From Octopus vulgaris (taxonomy: Eukaryota): a DNA stretch of 64,000 bases. The stretch is taken from positions 140,430,001 through 140,494,000 of the forward strand of contig OX597817.1 of the NCBI GenBank assembly GCA_951406725.2, read 5' to 3'. This document shows, piece after piece, positions 52,299-64,000 of the stretch. The notes under the pieces were generated by a model, which had not been told where the DNA came from, searched no databases, and worked only from the letters and a program-made list of their open reading frames with translations. Within the stretch, counting starts at the first letter, position 1, and every line of letters starts with the position of its first letter. A program made the position numbers and the translations under genes.

Positions 52299-52389
<91 letters not shown>

Positions 52390-52390
<1 letters not shown>

Positions 52391-53445
52391 CGCATTAGTC
52401 CACCTGTTCTTTGCGAACCTTACAACATGTCTGTTCCAGCGGAGCTTGTGCTTTAGATATTTCGTGATCATATTGTTCTCTCCACTCTGTTCTTGGATTA
52501 TCTTATTCCGAATATACTGTCAGAGTGTTATTCCTACCCTGGATCTTCCCAAGAACCTTTGTGTCGTAGCCAATGAATGATCTGTCCTCTACGTAGTAGC
52601 CCTCATCTTATTTGAGTCTAAAAGCGCAGATTCGGGAGGTGTTATTAAAGAGTCTGGAACATATTATATTGTCCACCTTTGCTTTGAGCACATCCTTTAT
52701 TGAGTGAAATGCCTGCGGTCCTACCCTACTTCTCTTAGAGATTTCAGCCTCCATGTCTAAGCGCATATTCACTGTACGTTCTAGACAGATATATTCCTTT
52801 ACTTCTTCAATTTCATGACTCTCCACCGCTATTTGGCCTTGTGTGGAAATATAAAGTCTCGAGGTGCAATACAACTCGCTGCTCAAAGATCTGAAATCTG
52901 GATGAGCAACAGGTATAGCTCTGAGCTGGCAGAAACGTTAGCGCGCTGGTCGAAATGCTTAACGGTATTTCGTCTGTCGTTACGTTCTGAGTTCAAATTC
53001 CGCCGAGGTCGACTTTGCCTTTCATCCTTTCGGGGTCAATAAATTAAGTACCAATTTCACACTGGGGTCGATATAATTGACTTAATCCCTTTGTCTGTCC
53101 TTGTTTGTCCCCTCTATGTTTAGCCCCTTGTGTGTAGTAAAGAAATATGTCATCACCTAAATGAGAAAGCTGTTGAGCAAGGATATACCATTCCTACAAA
53201 GCTCCTTACTGCATGTTCTAGAAATGGCCATCGAGAATGTTGACTGGACAAGTGGTGTGAATCTCAATGCCTAACAACTTGATACGCCTCTGATTCGCAG
53301 ATGACACTGTAGTCATCGCTGAAAACACAAACCAGCCGCAGATGATGCTGGCAGAGCTGAACACTCAGAGCTTAATTGTAGATCTTAATATGAACGGCAT
53401 GAAAACAAGATATATGTGGTCGGAGGGCGTAGCACAAGGCCGAAA
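52390..53445 (-). mobile_element. Decayed RTE-clade LINE fragment with inverted 5' segment, interrupted by a SINE
   Basis: Minus 52845->52390: IEEVKEYICL...EISKRSRVG..AF...KLRWNRHVVR...RWT. Plus ~52850-53445: ...FADDTVVIAENTNQ.QMMLAELN...MNGMKTRYM. Confidence 0.75.
52921..53147 (+). mobile_element. Nin/Deu-domain-like tRNA SINE
   Basis: GAGCTGGCAGAAACGTTAGC head, core, and AAAGAAATA tail. Confidence 0.85.
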
Positions 53446-53914
53446 ATACTCACACACACACGCAATCACATATGCATGCATGTATGCATGTATGTATGTA
53501 TTGATGGATGTATGTGTATACCCAGCAAAATAAAACAAGCTTTGAGTTAGTCATCGAGTGCCGGATAAGTAGGACACATGTTTGAAAGACACAACCAGAT
53601 GATCAAAGCACAATATGAGTTTCCTTCTGTCAGAAAATCGAGCGTTATTCGATATTCAATAATTGTAACTTCTCTTTAATTGAAACTTCAACAGCCTTTG
53701 ATGTTTATAGTTGATATTTACATGGTTGGGTGTGGTCACATGCTGAAGTGGGGAATAATAAGAACTTCCATTTACTGTTTGGGTGGGGTTGTTTGCGAAT
53801 CACCGGACGATGAGTAAAGAATTGAAGAAGGAGAAAAGGGTGGCGGAGGGAGATAACGATTTAAGGAAAACAGGACACCATTGAAAATCAAGTATAAATA
53901 TGAATATGTGTGTG

Positions 53915-53968
<54 letters not shown>

Positions 53969-54024
53969 TACATAAGACACATATATACGTATATAAAAAC
54001 GCGCGAGTGCCCGCATATATATAT

Positions 54025-54101
<77 letters not shown>

Positions 54102-56521
54102 CGTCACAAAGGTGACTGAGGGTACTAGCCTTAGTGATGCTTATACTTGTGCCTTTTGGGTGTAAATGGCGAAAAAGCCACCTTGATAATTTATACATAT
54201 ATATGTGAGTGTATATATATATATATAGATACACACACACACATACACAAACATATGTATGTAGTTATGTGTGTATATAGCAATCAGACTTAAAATTGTT
54301 ATATAACTTTATATAAGACCACAGTCGTTTCGAATGGCTAGAAGAATCGTTTCGTCGCTTACACTGGTTTGTACTCCTGATTAATTAGTAATTTAATTAA
54401 TCAACTAATTAGATAGCCCTCAACCATTTTCGAAAATCTACCATAATAACTCTAAAGTTATTATAGCAGATTTACAGAGTTTCCAACAAACATATATTGT
54501 GTTGGAGGCGGGTTTGCATAGTATTAGCGTTATAAACATCAAGAATTTTCTGTGCAGACTATTCAGTAAATAGAAGTTGTATATAATTAACATCACATTA
54601 CATTTTTTGATTTAGTATAAACTTACCAATTTCCAGAAGTCATCAAGTTTAAAAGTTTGCCAGTGTAGTGAATGTAGAGAGGGTAGTCTAGAGGAATCAT
54701 TTGAATATAACTAAATGCAGAAAGAATGTAAGGAGGCTTCTATAAGATGTATAATCATGAATTTATAGAAAATTTCTAAGTGATTGCCCACCTCTATTGC
54801 CATGTCTAGAATTATTAGGCTTTCTTCAGTTAAGTTGAATTAAATGAAATTCAATTAGATTAGGAATATGATGCTTGTAGGCCAGAGTGTGGTTGGACTG
54901 AAGATGAGGTGGGAGTAGAAATGCGTGGTGGTGAGGTGTGAGAATGGGGATTAGCAGGGAGGGTATATTTTAACACCATGTGTGGTATTCTACGTGTATG
55001 TGCGTGTGTGAGTACGTTTGAATATACATATAACAGTCGGGTGTCTCAAATGACTCCCTCAAACTAAGGTGAAGAATAAAACCCATGGAGATCGACTACT
55101 GCATATGGTGATGGCGAGGTCAGCCAGTTTTCTAGTACAAATCTGTGATTGAGGGCAAGATCAAAACTTTTCACTTTTAGAGTTTATGTAATTGCCTGAA
55201 TGGAGAGAATTCTTTACTGTTATCTTTCTCTCAACCAAGCAGAGCCTGCACATCCTAAGTAAGGTTCAACATTTCCACTATCTTCCATTTGATATCATAA
55301 CGCGCAGCATTTTCTGTTGACGTACTTCGCTAGAGATGTGACATTTCGCCTCTTTTGAAAGTTAAACGAGAACTGGTGGTTGATTCCGGCCCTGAAGTAA
55401 CCTTCTATCACACCTACTCATTTTCGCACATTTGTCGCTCCATTTGGATTTGTTTGTGCCTCCTACTCTTACACACAACGGTTTCCTTATTGTAATAACT
55501 ATCAAGTGGACACGTGCTGTTACCTCTACATGTGCAGCCTGTCTCTATTTCACACATGAGCTACTTAGTAATATTTTCCTTAAATGGGACCTCAATGGGA
55601 CCTCAAAGTGTATCAATTAAATATTTTCCTTTTTCTATATTTCGGGAAGCTAAAAGAGGGTTCGGGCCATATTACCTTACAGTGGCGCTGGTGATATGGA
55701 GGTAGTGGTGGAGGTTGTGTAAATGATATGTAGTGGTGGAGTGATGTAGCAGTGGCAGAAGTAGTGTAATAACGGTAGTGCGGTGGTGTTGGTGATGTTG
55801 TTATGGTGGTGGGAAAGTTGGTTATAGTAGCGATATTGGTGTTATTTAACACTACATCAACCTCAATCAAACATATAGGATTAAAAAACGGTCTAAAAGT
55901 GACCATCCCGTCTTTTATTGTCTTGTACATTTTTTGAATAGCTAACACTACTTTCCCCCATGTAACATCTTTTATAAGACGATATGGTGCAAGCTGAGAG
56001 AGATTTGACTGCTATTTCTAGCAAGTATTGTAAGCACGTGGAGGTTCCCACGTTGAAGGAGGCATGTGATGACGTCAGTCGATTGTTGTGATGATAACTT
56101 CAGGTGAATCCAGTGACATCAATTACATCCTAATGGACTTCTCTTGTGACCACATAAACAAGGAGAGCGTTCACGTTTAGAGAGAGACAGACAGACAGGC
56201 AGAAAAAGAGAGAGAGGAGAGCGAAAGGGTGGGAGATATGGGAGGGAGGGGAGGGCGAGAGCACACGTGATAGAGAAAATTAGTATTAGGGTATAATTAG
56301 TAAAGGCTATAATTAACATTAGGAGATAATCAGGAGTCCGTCACGAAGGGATTCTGCCATGTTTATAAAAATTAGTTTTAATTAAAGACAAAATTGCAAT
56401 GTAACAGTGGTGTTTACAGTCAACAATAGGTGGAGCCACAGTCAGTTATAGTTTGTTCTTTCTTAAAACATTGCGTGCACCTTCAGAATTGTAATCAAGT
56501 GCACGTATGTTCGCATGAACG

Positions 56522-56611
<90 letters not shown>

Positions 56612-56803
56612 GTATTAATTTATAAAAATATGGTAAAGCAAAAGAATTCACTTTACCACACACCGAACTTTTCAGAAATAGCAGCCAAAAATTTGGCTAT
56701 TTCTTCAACTGCAAATAAAAGTCTCCAGACAATGCATACTCAGAAAAATAACTCACATAGGTATAAGGGAAAAAACAATGAAAGATCACATCCATATACG
56801 ATA

Positions 56804-56865
56804 CCCGAGGACAGTCTGTTTCTGGATTTGTGGGTAAAACGCCACTTTTCCTTCATCAGCTCAGA
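56804..56865 (-). ncRNA. Type I hammerhead ribozyme motif (copy 1)
   Basis: Minus strand: TCTGAG-CTGATGA-aGGAaaaGTGG..CCACaaaTCCa-GAAAC-AGACT-GTC-CTCGGG. Confidence 0.75.
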
Positions 56866-57366
56866 GATTTCTTCTGATTTAGATTTGAAAATACTAAGAA
56901 TCAAACATACCCGTCCGATATCTGTAACATCGGACAAACCATATCAGACACCCAGTACTAGCGAATCCAAAAATACGAATGAGATCTATTATTCTCCCTG
57001 TCCACCCACGTGAGTCATAGAGCATTACATTTCTACAGAGGTAAAAACTGCAGTTCAAATTCTTGGAGAGAAAGCATTATATTGTTATCAAAAAAGGGGG
57101 TCGAATTAATTAATTGTTAATAAATTCGACCAAGCAGTATTCGGTATGTAAAGACCATTTACGGTATATTTGAAGTATTAATTTATAAAAATATGGTAAA
57201 GCAAAAGAATTCACTTTACCACACACCGAACTTTTCAGAAATAGCAGCCAAAAATTTGGCTATTTCTTCAACTGCAAATAAAAGTCTCCAGACAATGCAT
57301 ACTCAGAAAAATAACTCACATAGGTATAAGGGAAAAAACAATGAAAGATCACATCCATATACGATA

Positions 57367-57428
57367 CCCGAGGACAGTCTGTTTCTGGATTTGTGGGTAA
57401 AACGCCACTTTTCCTTCATCAGCTCAGA
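57367..57428 (-). ncRNA. Type I hammerhead ribozyme motif (copy 2)
   Basis: Identical to copy 1, 563 bp away, same strand. Confidence 0.75.
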
Positions 57429-57606
57429 GATTTCTTCTGATTTAGATTTGAAAATACTAAGAATCAAACATACCCGTCCGATATCTGTAACATCGGACAA
57501 ACCATGTCAGACACCCAGTACTTTGCTTTACCATATTTTTATAAATTAATACTTCAAATATACCGTAAATGGTCTTTACATACCGAATACTGCTTGGTCG
57601 AATATA

Positions 57607-57643
<37 letters not shown>

Positions 57644-57779
57644 CAATATGCACACACTGATGTACTAACCTGCACATATACACATAGCAATGGCAACTGT
57701 AACTATAGAACGTTATAATATTTTCTGCAAACACGCGCGCGCACACACATATACACACAAAAAGTAAATATATATATAT

Positions 57780-57823
<44 letters not shown>

Positions 57824-57990
57824 GGGTGCAGAAGTGGCTGTGTGATAAGTAGCTTGCTTACCAACCACATGGTTCCGGGTTCATTCCCACTGCGTGGCAC
57901 CTTGGGCAAGTGTCTTCTACTATAGCCTCGAGTTGACCAAAGCCTTGTGAGTAGATTTGATAGACAGAAACGGAAAGAAGCCCGTCGCAT
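57824..57990 (+). mobile_element. tRNA-derived SINE (family of 19980-20365), 5' half
   Basis: AGTGGCTGTGTGATAAGTAGC...GGGTTCATTCCCACTGCGTGGCACCTTGGGCAAGTG. Confidence 0.75.
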
Positions 57991-58692
57991 ATATATATAT
58001 ATATATATGTGTGTGTGTTGTTGTTGTGTCTGTGTTTGTCCTCACAACATTGTTTGACAACCGTGTCTGTTTCTGTCTCTCTTTTTTACTCTTGTGGGTT
58101 GTAGGTAGCAGCTAGTTTGATATGAATTCTTGTCTTTTTTTAAGTAGCAGCAGAGGAAGAAGAAGAATGCCGGAGTGGTATGACAATAGCAGGATGTTGG
58201 TGGAATACTCTTAAATGGTCAAGTGACCTAAAAGTGACACGTCATTGATTGGTTAAAATTTACCAAATACGAAAAATTTAACACGAAATAACTCATAAGA
58301 TACAAAATTTTGCCCAAAACGTTAAGAGTAAACTGTGTTCTATGTGACACATTCAGCCAGTATCCGAAGTTTCAAACTGTTTAGTTAAAAAGAAATTAAT
58401 TAAAAAATCTGTGACAGAGATTGAATAGATCCAAGACTCCTAACACAAGCCCGAATACGCTCAACAACAAAACTGAAGCCGTCAGTAAAAAATATGCGGA
58501 AGACCTAACTGTTCAATTAAATAGAGCCGCTTGAAACGGCCGTACTGCATCACCCCTGGATATCCTGTTATTTTGATTTTATTCACCTTATTTTGAAATT
58601 TTACAGATAATACCGCACTAACTTTTGGCCCCAACTTCAGGACTTAATTCATATGAATCTCAATTATTTTGCTTATATATATATATATATAT

Positions 58693-59738
58693 ATACAAAA
58701 TTAGAAAATGGAGAAACATACTTAAATCAATCAATCATCAACCATCAGATAATACCCAATCAAAACTTTATTACACCATTACATAACAGCAAATACATTA
58801 TACATAATATATTGTAAATATAACTAGACATAGAAATAGAAATATAAAATACAATTACATCATATCTGACAGCTGTTTCGGCCGTGAGGACAAGTATGTC
58901 TCATTTAACCTATTAGCCACATAAAGCAGGTATAAATGAGACATTAACAAGGATGTCTCACGGCCTCTTCAGAGAATTAATATAAGTGTGAAAAAAATTT
59001 ACATATAAATATAAACATATAAAATATAAAAAATATAAAAATGTGTGCATATACTCATAATTCTACACATATATATATACATACATATACACATTAATAC
59101 AATAATACAATATAAACAAAATATATCAGTATACATTAACAAACACAGTTATTTTCCATATTGGACTCCTAGTTCCATAACTAACATCAAGGAAATACAT
59201 ATACACTCACATTTAAATTTAAAGCAGACATATATATATAAAAAAACAGTTCAGTTCATTAAAATGTATAGCCCTACAAACAGTCTATAAAGTTAATATT
59301 AATATTAATAATAATAATAACAACAACCATGATTGTACCAAGTACAGCAAGCGGACATCTACATATCAATAAGTCTAATTCATCTGTCCGCTTGATATTG
59401 ATTATTCTAGATAGATTCGATTGGCTTATAGTTTTAAATTTGAAGTTATATTTACAATATATTATGTATAATGTCTTTGCTGTTATGTAATGGTGTAATA
59501 AAGTTTTGACTGGGTATTATCTGATGGTTGATGATTGATTGATTTAAGTATGTTTCTCCATTTTCTAATTTTGTATTATTAATTTACGTAATATTTTTAC
59601 CCTTGCCCACATAATACAGTAGATGAATTAATTGCACCGCAATTTTTAACATTTATGTATTAGTCTTGTTGGGTACCTCTCTGGCAGTATATTGGATATA
59701 TGTTATCCCATGGTGGGTTGAATGTTCAACCCCTATCT

Positions 59739-59745
<7 letters not shown>
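58693..59745 (-). mobile_element. Penelope-like remnant with 133-bp inverted termini and a hammerhead
   Basis: 58693-58825 is the reverse complement of 59444-59576 (about 2 mismatches). (TA)n on both sides. Confidence 0.7.
58865..58975 (-). ncRNA. Type I hammerhead ribozyme motif with long stem II
   Basis: Minus strand: TCT-CTGAAGA-GGCCGTGAG...CTCACGGCC-GAAAC-AGCT-GTC-AGA. 9-bp perfect stem II base, extra 12-bp helix ATGTCTCATTTA/TAAATGAGACAT, palindromic loop III. Confidence 0.85.
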
Positions 59746-59814
<69 letters not shown>

Positions 59815-59849
59815 ATACATACATACATATACATACATACATATGTATA

Positions 59850-60158
59850 TGACCGTGATCAACGTGACCGACCAGGCTATCAGATGTTGCTACACATCGC
59901 TGGTCACAATGCGCTTCGCATTGTTTTAGCCTTCAAATGACGCCACCCCGCTGGCTAAGCGAGCAGGCCAACAGAAGAAAGAGTGAGAGAATGTTGTGGT
60001 GAAAGAGTACAGCAGGGATCGCCACCACCCCTGCCGGAGCCTCGTGGAGCTTTGGGTGTTTTCGCTCAATAAACACTCACAACGATCGGTCTGGGAATCG
60101 AAACCACGATCCTACGACCGCGAGTCCGCTGCCCTAACCACTGGGCCATTGCGCCTCT
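59850..60158 (-). mobile_element. tRNA-derived SINE (family of 21571-21879)
   Basis: Reverse complement of the 21571 copy with high similarity. Confidence 0.85.
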
Positions 60159-61610
60159 ACATATATGTATATGTATATATACATGCATATATGGGTACAG
60201 GACATCAAAAAAAAACGTTGAACACAATGAGAAACGAAAACAAAAGCATAGAAACGAACTTTTTTTCAAACACCGAATAAAAACAGAAAAGAGACATACA
60301 ACATAAAGAATATTCCCCTTCTTCAGTTGTCCCTGTTTCATCTACTCCGTGTTTCGAAGGTAAGGACACGACGCGACTTCCTTGAAACAGTCCTTTCCGC
60401 AAATATATATATACAACACACACACACACAATATCGTTTTATGGATAGCAAAAGAACTGGAGTTTCGTAATCATCATTTTCGATAGTTTCAGTTGCAAAA
60501 ACATTTGCTCGTACGACATAGCTTGCTGGGTGTCTTTCTTATTGCAGAAACCATTAAAATATATAGAGTTGGTTAAATGCAGAACCATATGTAAAGTAAC
60601 ACGACTGGAGGATGTTAACCCTGGCGCAGAGACTAATATGTATATAAATATATATAAAGTATATTATATGTGCGCCTGGAGGTAACCAGCTCTAAGTATT
60701 TTATATGCTTTCTGTAATGAACATGTTTTATTTAAACGGCTCTGAGGGAGCTATAATATTTCGCATGAGCACTCAGCTGTCAATGTAATGTAGCAGAAAC
60801 CGCTATAACCAAATGAAGATGATTATGTAACTTCAGTTCTTTTTCATATATTAATAGGGTCTGTACTCGTGTGACATTTTGCTACAAAGGGTAAAGGTAT
60901 CGAGTTCGATTCACACGGAGTCGTGTATTGTTATTCTCTCTCATTATTGAAAATTATAAATATATACACATATTTTCAAACTGAATTGATTATTACAGCT
61001 GATACCAAATAAAAGTTCGGGTGATTGAGGTAGTTGCAGAAGAAATTATGGTCGTTTACAGTCGAGGTATGAGAAACTACAAGCATGTGAAAGTTTTAGA
61101 GGTGGAACCATCAAGGGGCTCTGGGTCGAGTAATTTGCTTCCCAAAAAAAAGTGTTTTTTGCAACAAGTGAAAGAAACGAACCATTGTTCGGTGTGGTTG
61201 TAGCATGTTGCTAAATGAATGTTTGGTGATTACTTAAGTAGGACATTTTTTATGGGGTTTAAGATTTTATGTGTGAAACACTGTACTGTGTTAGGCAGGT
61301 GGGTCCAATCACTGGTTCGATCTTTATCAGAGATTTTCTTAATCGAAGCACCTGAAGCAATTTTGCCAGATTTAGCTGTGGCTTTAATACGAGGTGGGTT
61401 TAGTGTAAGTTTGTTCTGCTGATATTTGAAACGATTGTGATTTGGTTTTGACGCTGGGGTTTATATTGCCATGTCTTCCGGTTGAAATATGTGCAACGAT
61501 TTTTGTTTATGGTAATAGGACATGCCTGGGAGTGAAGTGTCAAAGTTTACCGTGGATAACATCCTTCTGTACAACAATAATGTAGCGCGAAGAATGAATA
61601 ACAACTATGC

Positions 61611-61644
<34 letters not shown>

Positions 61645-61884
61645 TATTGTAGAACAAGAAGATTATGAGACGTATGACCAGAACTGCTTGAGGACATTAA
61701 GAGAGTTTGATAGGGCCGCATCACGGCACATTTAGATGATGTCGCGTTCTTTCAGAGAATATCCGACATAAGGAACTAGAAGCATAGAACTGAGAGAGGA
61801 ACAACGTAGCTAAACATTTTTTCACGCCAGATAGGGTCGACAACTCTTCATAAGGAGGGAATTGTTATGTAATCGCTCTCGCTT

Positions 61885-61937
<53 letters not shown>

Positions 61938-62886
61938 TACACACATATGTAATTACATATATTATCTGCGTGTGTGTATGAGAGAGAGAAACAGAAAGTG
62001 AGAGAGAGAGAGAGAGAGAGTGTGTGAAAGAGAGAATGTAACAACGGATACATTATCTGAAAATAAGTTGGAGTAGTCATGGCCAAAACGTTTTATAGAA
62101 TTCAGGGACCAAAGTTGTCATAGGTTTAAACTATGAAAGCAGAACATTGGCCGACGTTCCTAAGGACAAATGACCGTCGGTGAATGTGAAATTGCATACC
62201 ATACGTGTTAACACTTTATTTGATGTCTTGGGTCTGTCAACGGGGATCTCAGTAGCAAATTTTGATATATATGTAACCTTTATAGTAGATATATAAACAG
62301 ACAGAATTGTGTGTATGTGTGTGTGTGTACCTTCATAATTGATTGCTAGTATCATACTGATGTGACTTGCACTTAAGCTAAAGAAACTACAAGTAAAAGT
62401 ACTCAATACTGTGAAAGAAGCGGAATAATATTCTCATATCATGTTATATTATTATTATTATTTTCTCTCGGACATACTTGTTAGCTGATATCTGCCGCTG
62501 CTTCATTGGTCTTTTCAATTTTCTTCGAATAACATTCCAAGTCTTGAACGTCAAGTACTTTTAGGTCTTTATTTTTGTTTGTTGTAATTTTTTTTCTATT
62601 GGCCAGACTGGCGATGGGAAGGGGCGAGCATGTCGCTACGTATTTCCTGTCATTCGTAAGAAATAATCAATCGTGTTGTTTTTGTATATATTTGCATATA
62701 TTTGCATTAATTTTCGGATGGAAAGCAATTGACATCTCTTAGACCACAGTTTAGAGAGAGGTACCACTTAGAAAATCATCCGTTATCACAGAACAGGATT
62801 CTCTGTTACATTAGCGTCCATATCACTTATGACAAGGAATATTGATTTCGTCTACATAGAAAACACAACACCAAATTTTGTAGTAG

Positions 62887-62975
<89 letters not shown>

Positions 62976-63264
62976 CGAAGGTGCGTGTGGCAGCAGCAGT
63001 AGCTTTACTGCATGTTATTCCACCCTAGGTGTAAAACTGATATTTGTTTCATCGACCCTATTGATTGAAAAACTGTGTTGACCTTAGCTGGACGGGAATT
63101 AGAACGACCATATATATATATATATATACAGAGAGAGAGAGAGAGAGAGAGAAGAATACTCCAGTATTTAAACTTCCACTCAGCTATTTACAATAACTTA
63201 TCACCATTATTATGGTCATGAGCTGTTGTCATTAGTATGCGTGTATACATATATACAAATATAT

Positions 63265-63334
<70 letters not shown>

Positions 63335-63708
63335 TTTCATTATATTAAGGGCTATTACTACACGTAAATGCCTCACGCTGTTAAGGGGCTCTGAAGTCAA
63401 ACTACTTGAATAAATATTCACGGCACCGAATGCGGGGGAATGCAATTTGGAAGATGCCTTTTAAAAACAGATTTAGTAGCAAATCATTAATGATTTTATG
63501 GTTAGCGTACTTAATACACTTTCCAATCATCAGAACACATAAACATAAACATTTGTACATACCAAGTGAACAGCAAACATATCCAACATAGTATACACAA
63601 ATGCTCACACTTATATATCCCTGTAAAAGGAGGGCTTCTCAAATTACATCTCAGTATACGTGTATAGTCGGAATAATTCAGCACTGAATATATTCCAGTT
63701 TAATTTTA

Positions 63709-63752
<44 letters not shown>

Positions 63753-64000
63753 AGAGTTTACGAAAAAAATAAAAAAACAAAAGATGAAGACGGGTGGTGT
63801 ACAAAACAAACAGATCTATTATATTAATACGTTTCGAGCCTTGGGAGTATATCTCGCCAAAGAAAGACTTTGTGAGTTGCTGCTCGCAGTCCCGAATATT
63901 TCATGAGGTTAATGCTTTTGTGTGGCTGTTTGAGTGAAAATTTTTTAGCTCTCATTTCTAGGAATTGTAGGTGCAATTTTGCACCCTTGTTTATTAATTT

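Larger units (their letters stand above)
48171..52300 (+). mobile_element. Near full-length CR1/L2-group LINE
   Basis: ORF1 plus intact ORF2, short 3' UTR with GGCCA-ATAA-TGGCC stem-loop, (TATCAAAG)2 tail, (TA)n on both flanks. Confidence 0.93.
56610..57603 (-). mobile_element. Non-coding hammerhead-bearing retroelement (Penelope pLTR-like / retrozyme-like)
   Basis: 350-bp direct repeats 56610-56959 and 57173-57522 (one mismatch noticed). 82-bp inverted repeat 57124-57205 / 57522-57603. One hammerhead per direct repeat; (TA)n flanks. Confidence 0.8.

Noticed and set aside
54285-55010. Possible decayed Penelope coding remnant
   Set aside because: No convincing RT or GIY-YIG motif in manual translation.
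56630-57549. Duplicated 127-aa and 118-aa ORFs
   Set aside because: Repeated only because the DNA is duplicated; no domain features, antisense to the hammerheads, and different C-termini.

Overview
AT-rich, microsatellite-dense animal genomic DNA. The SINE families and (TA)n/(CA)n/(AAT)n load look like an Octopus/coleoid cephalopod genome (my recognition, not verified). No host protein-coding gene is recognisable; almost all ORFs in the track are microsatellite artefacts. The only intact coding unit is a near full-length CR1/L2-group LINE (48171-52300) with a CCCH-zinc-finger ORF1 and an uninterrupted 1079-aa APE+RT ORF2. Also present: two truncated relatives of that LINE, decayed RTE, Tx1/L1 and R4/Dong-like fragments (two with 5'-inversion geometry), a mariner remnant, a MITE with an 8-bp TSD and many tRNA-derived SINEs, some as head-less tandem multimers. 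The least expected layer is about ten minimal type I hammerhead ribozyme motifs (CUGANGA...GAAAC..GUH), some intact and some degenerate, from several unrelated short repeat families. They sit in (TA)n and are arranged as palindromes, inverted termini or direct repeats, like Penelope-like pseudo-LTRs or retrozymes. One is a young direct-repeat unit (56610-57603) whose two hammerheads would release a 563-nt RNA. All coordinates and structures were read by eye; boundaries of decayed elements are approximate.
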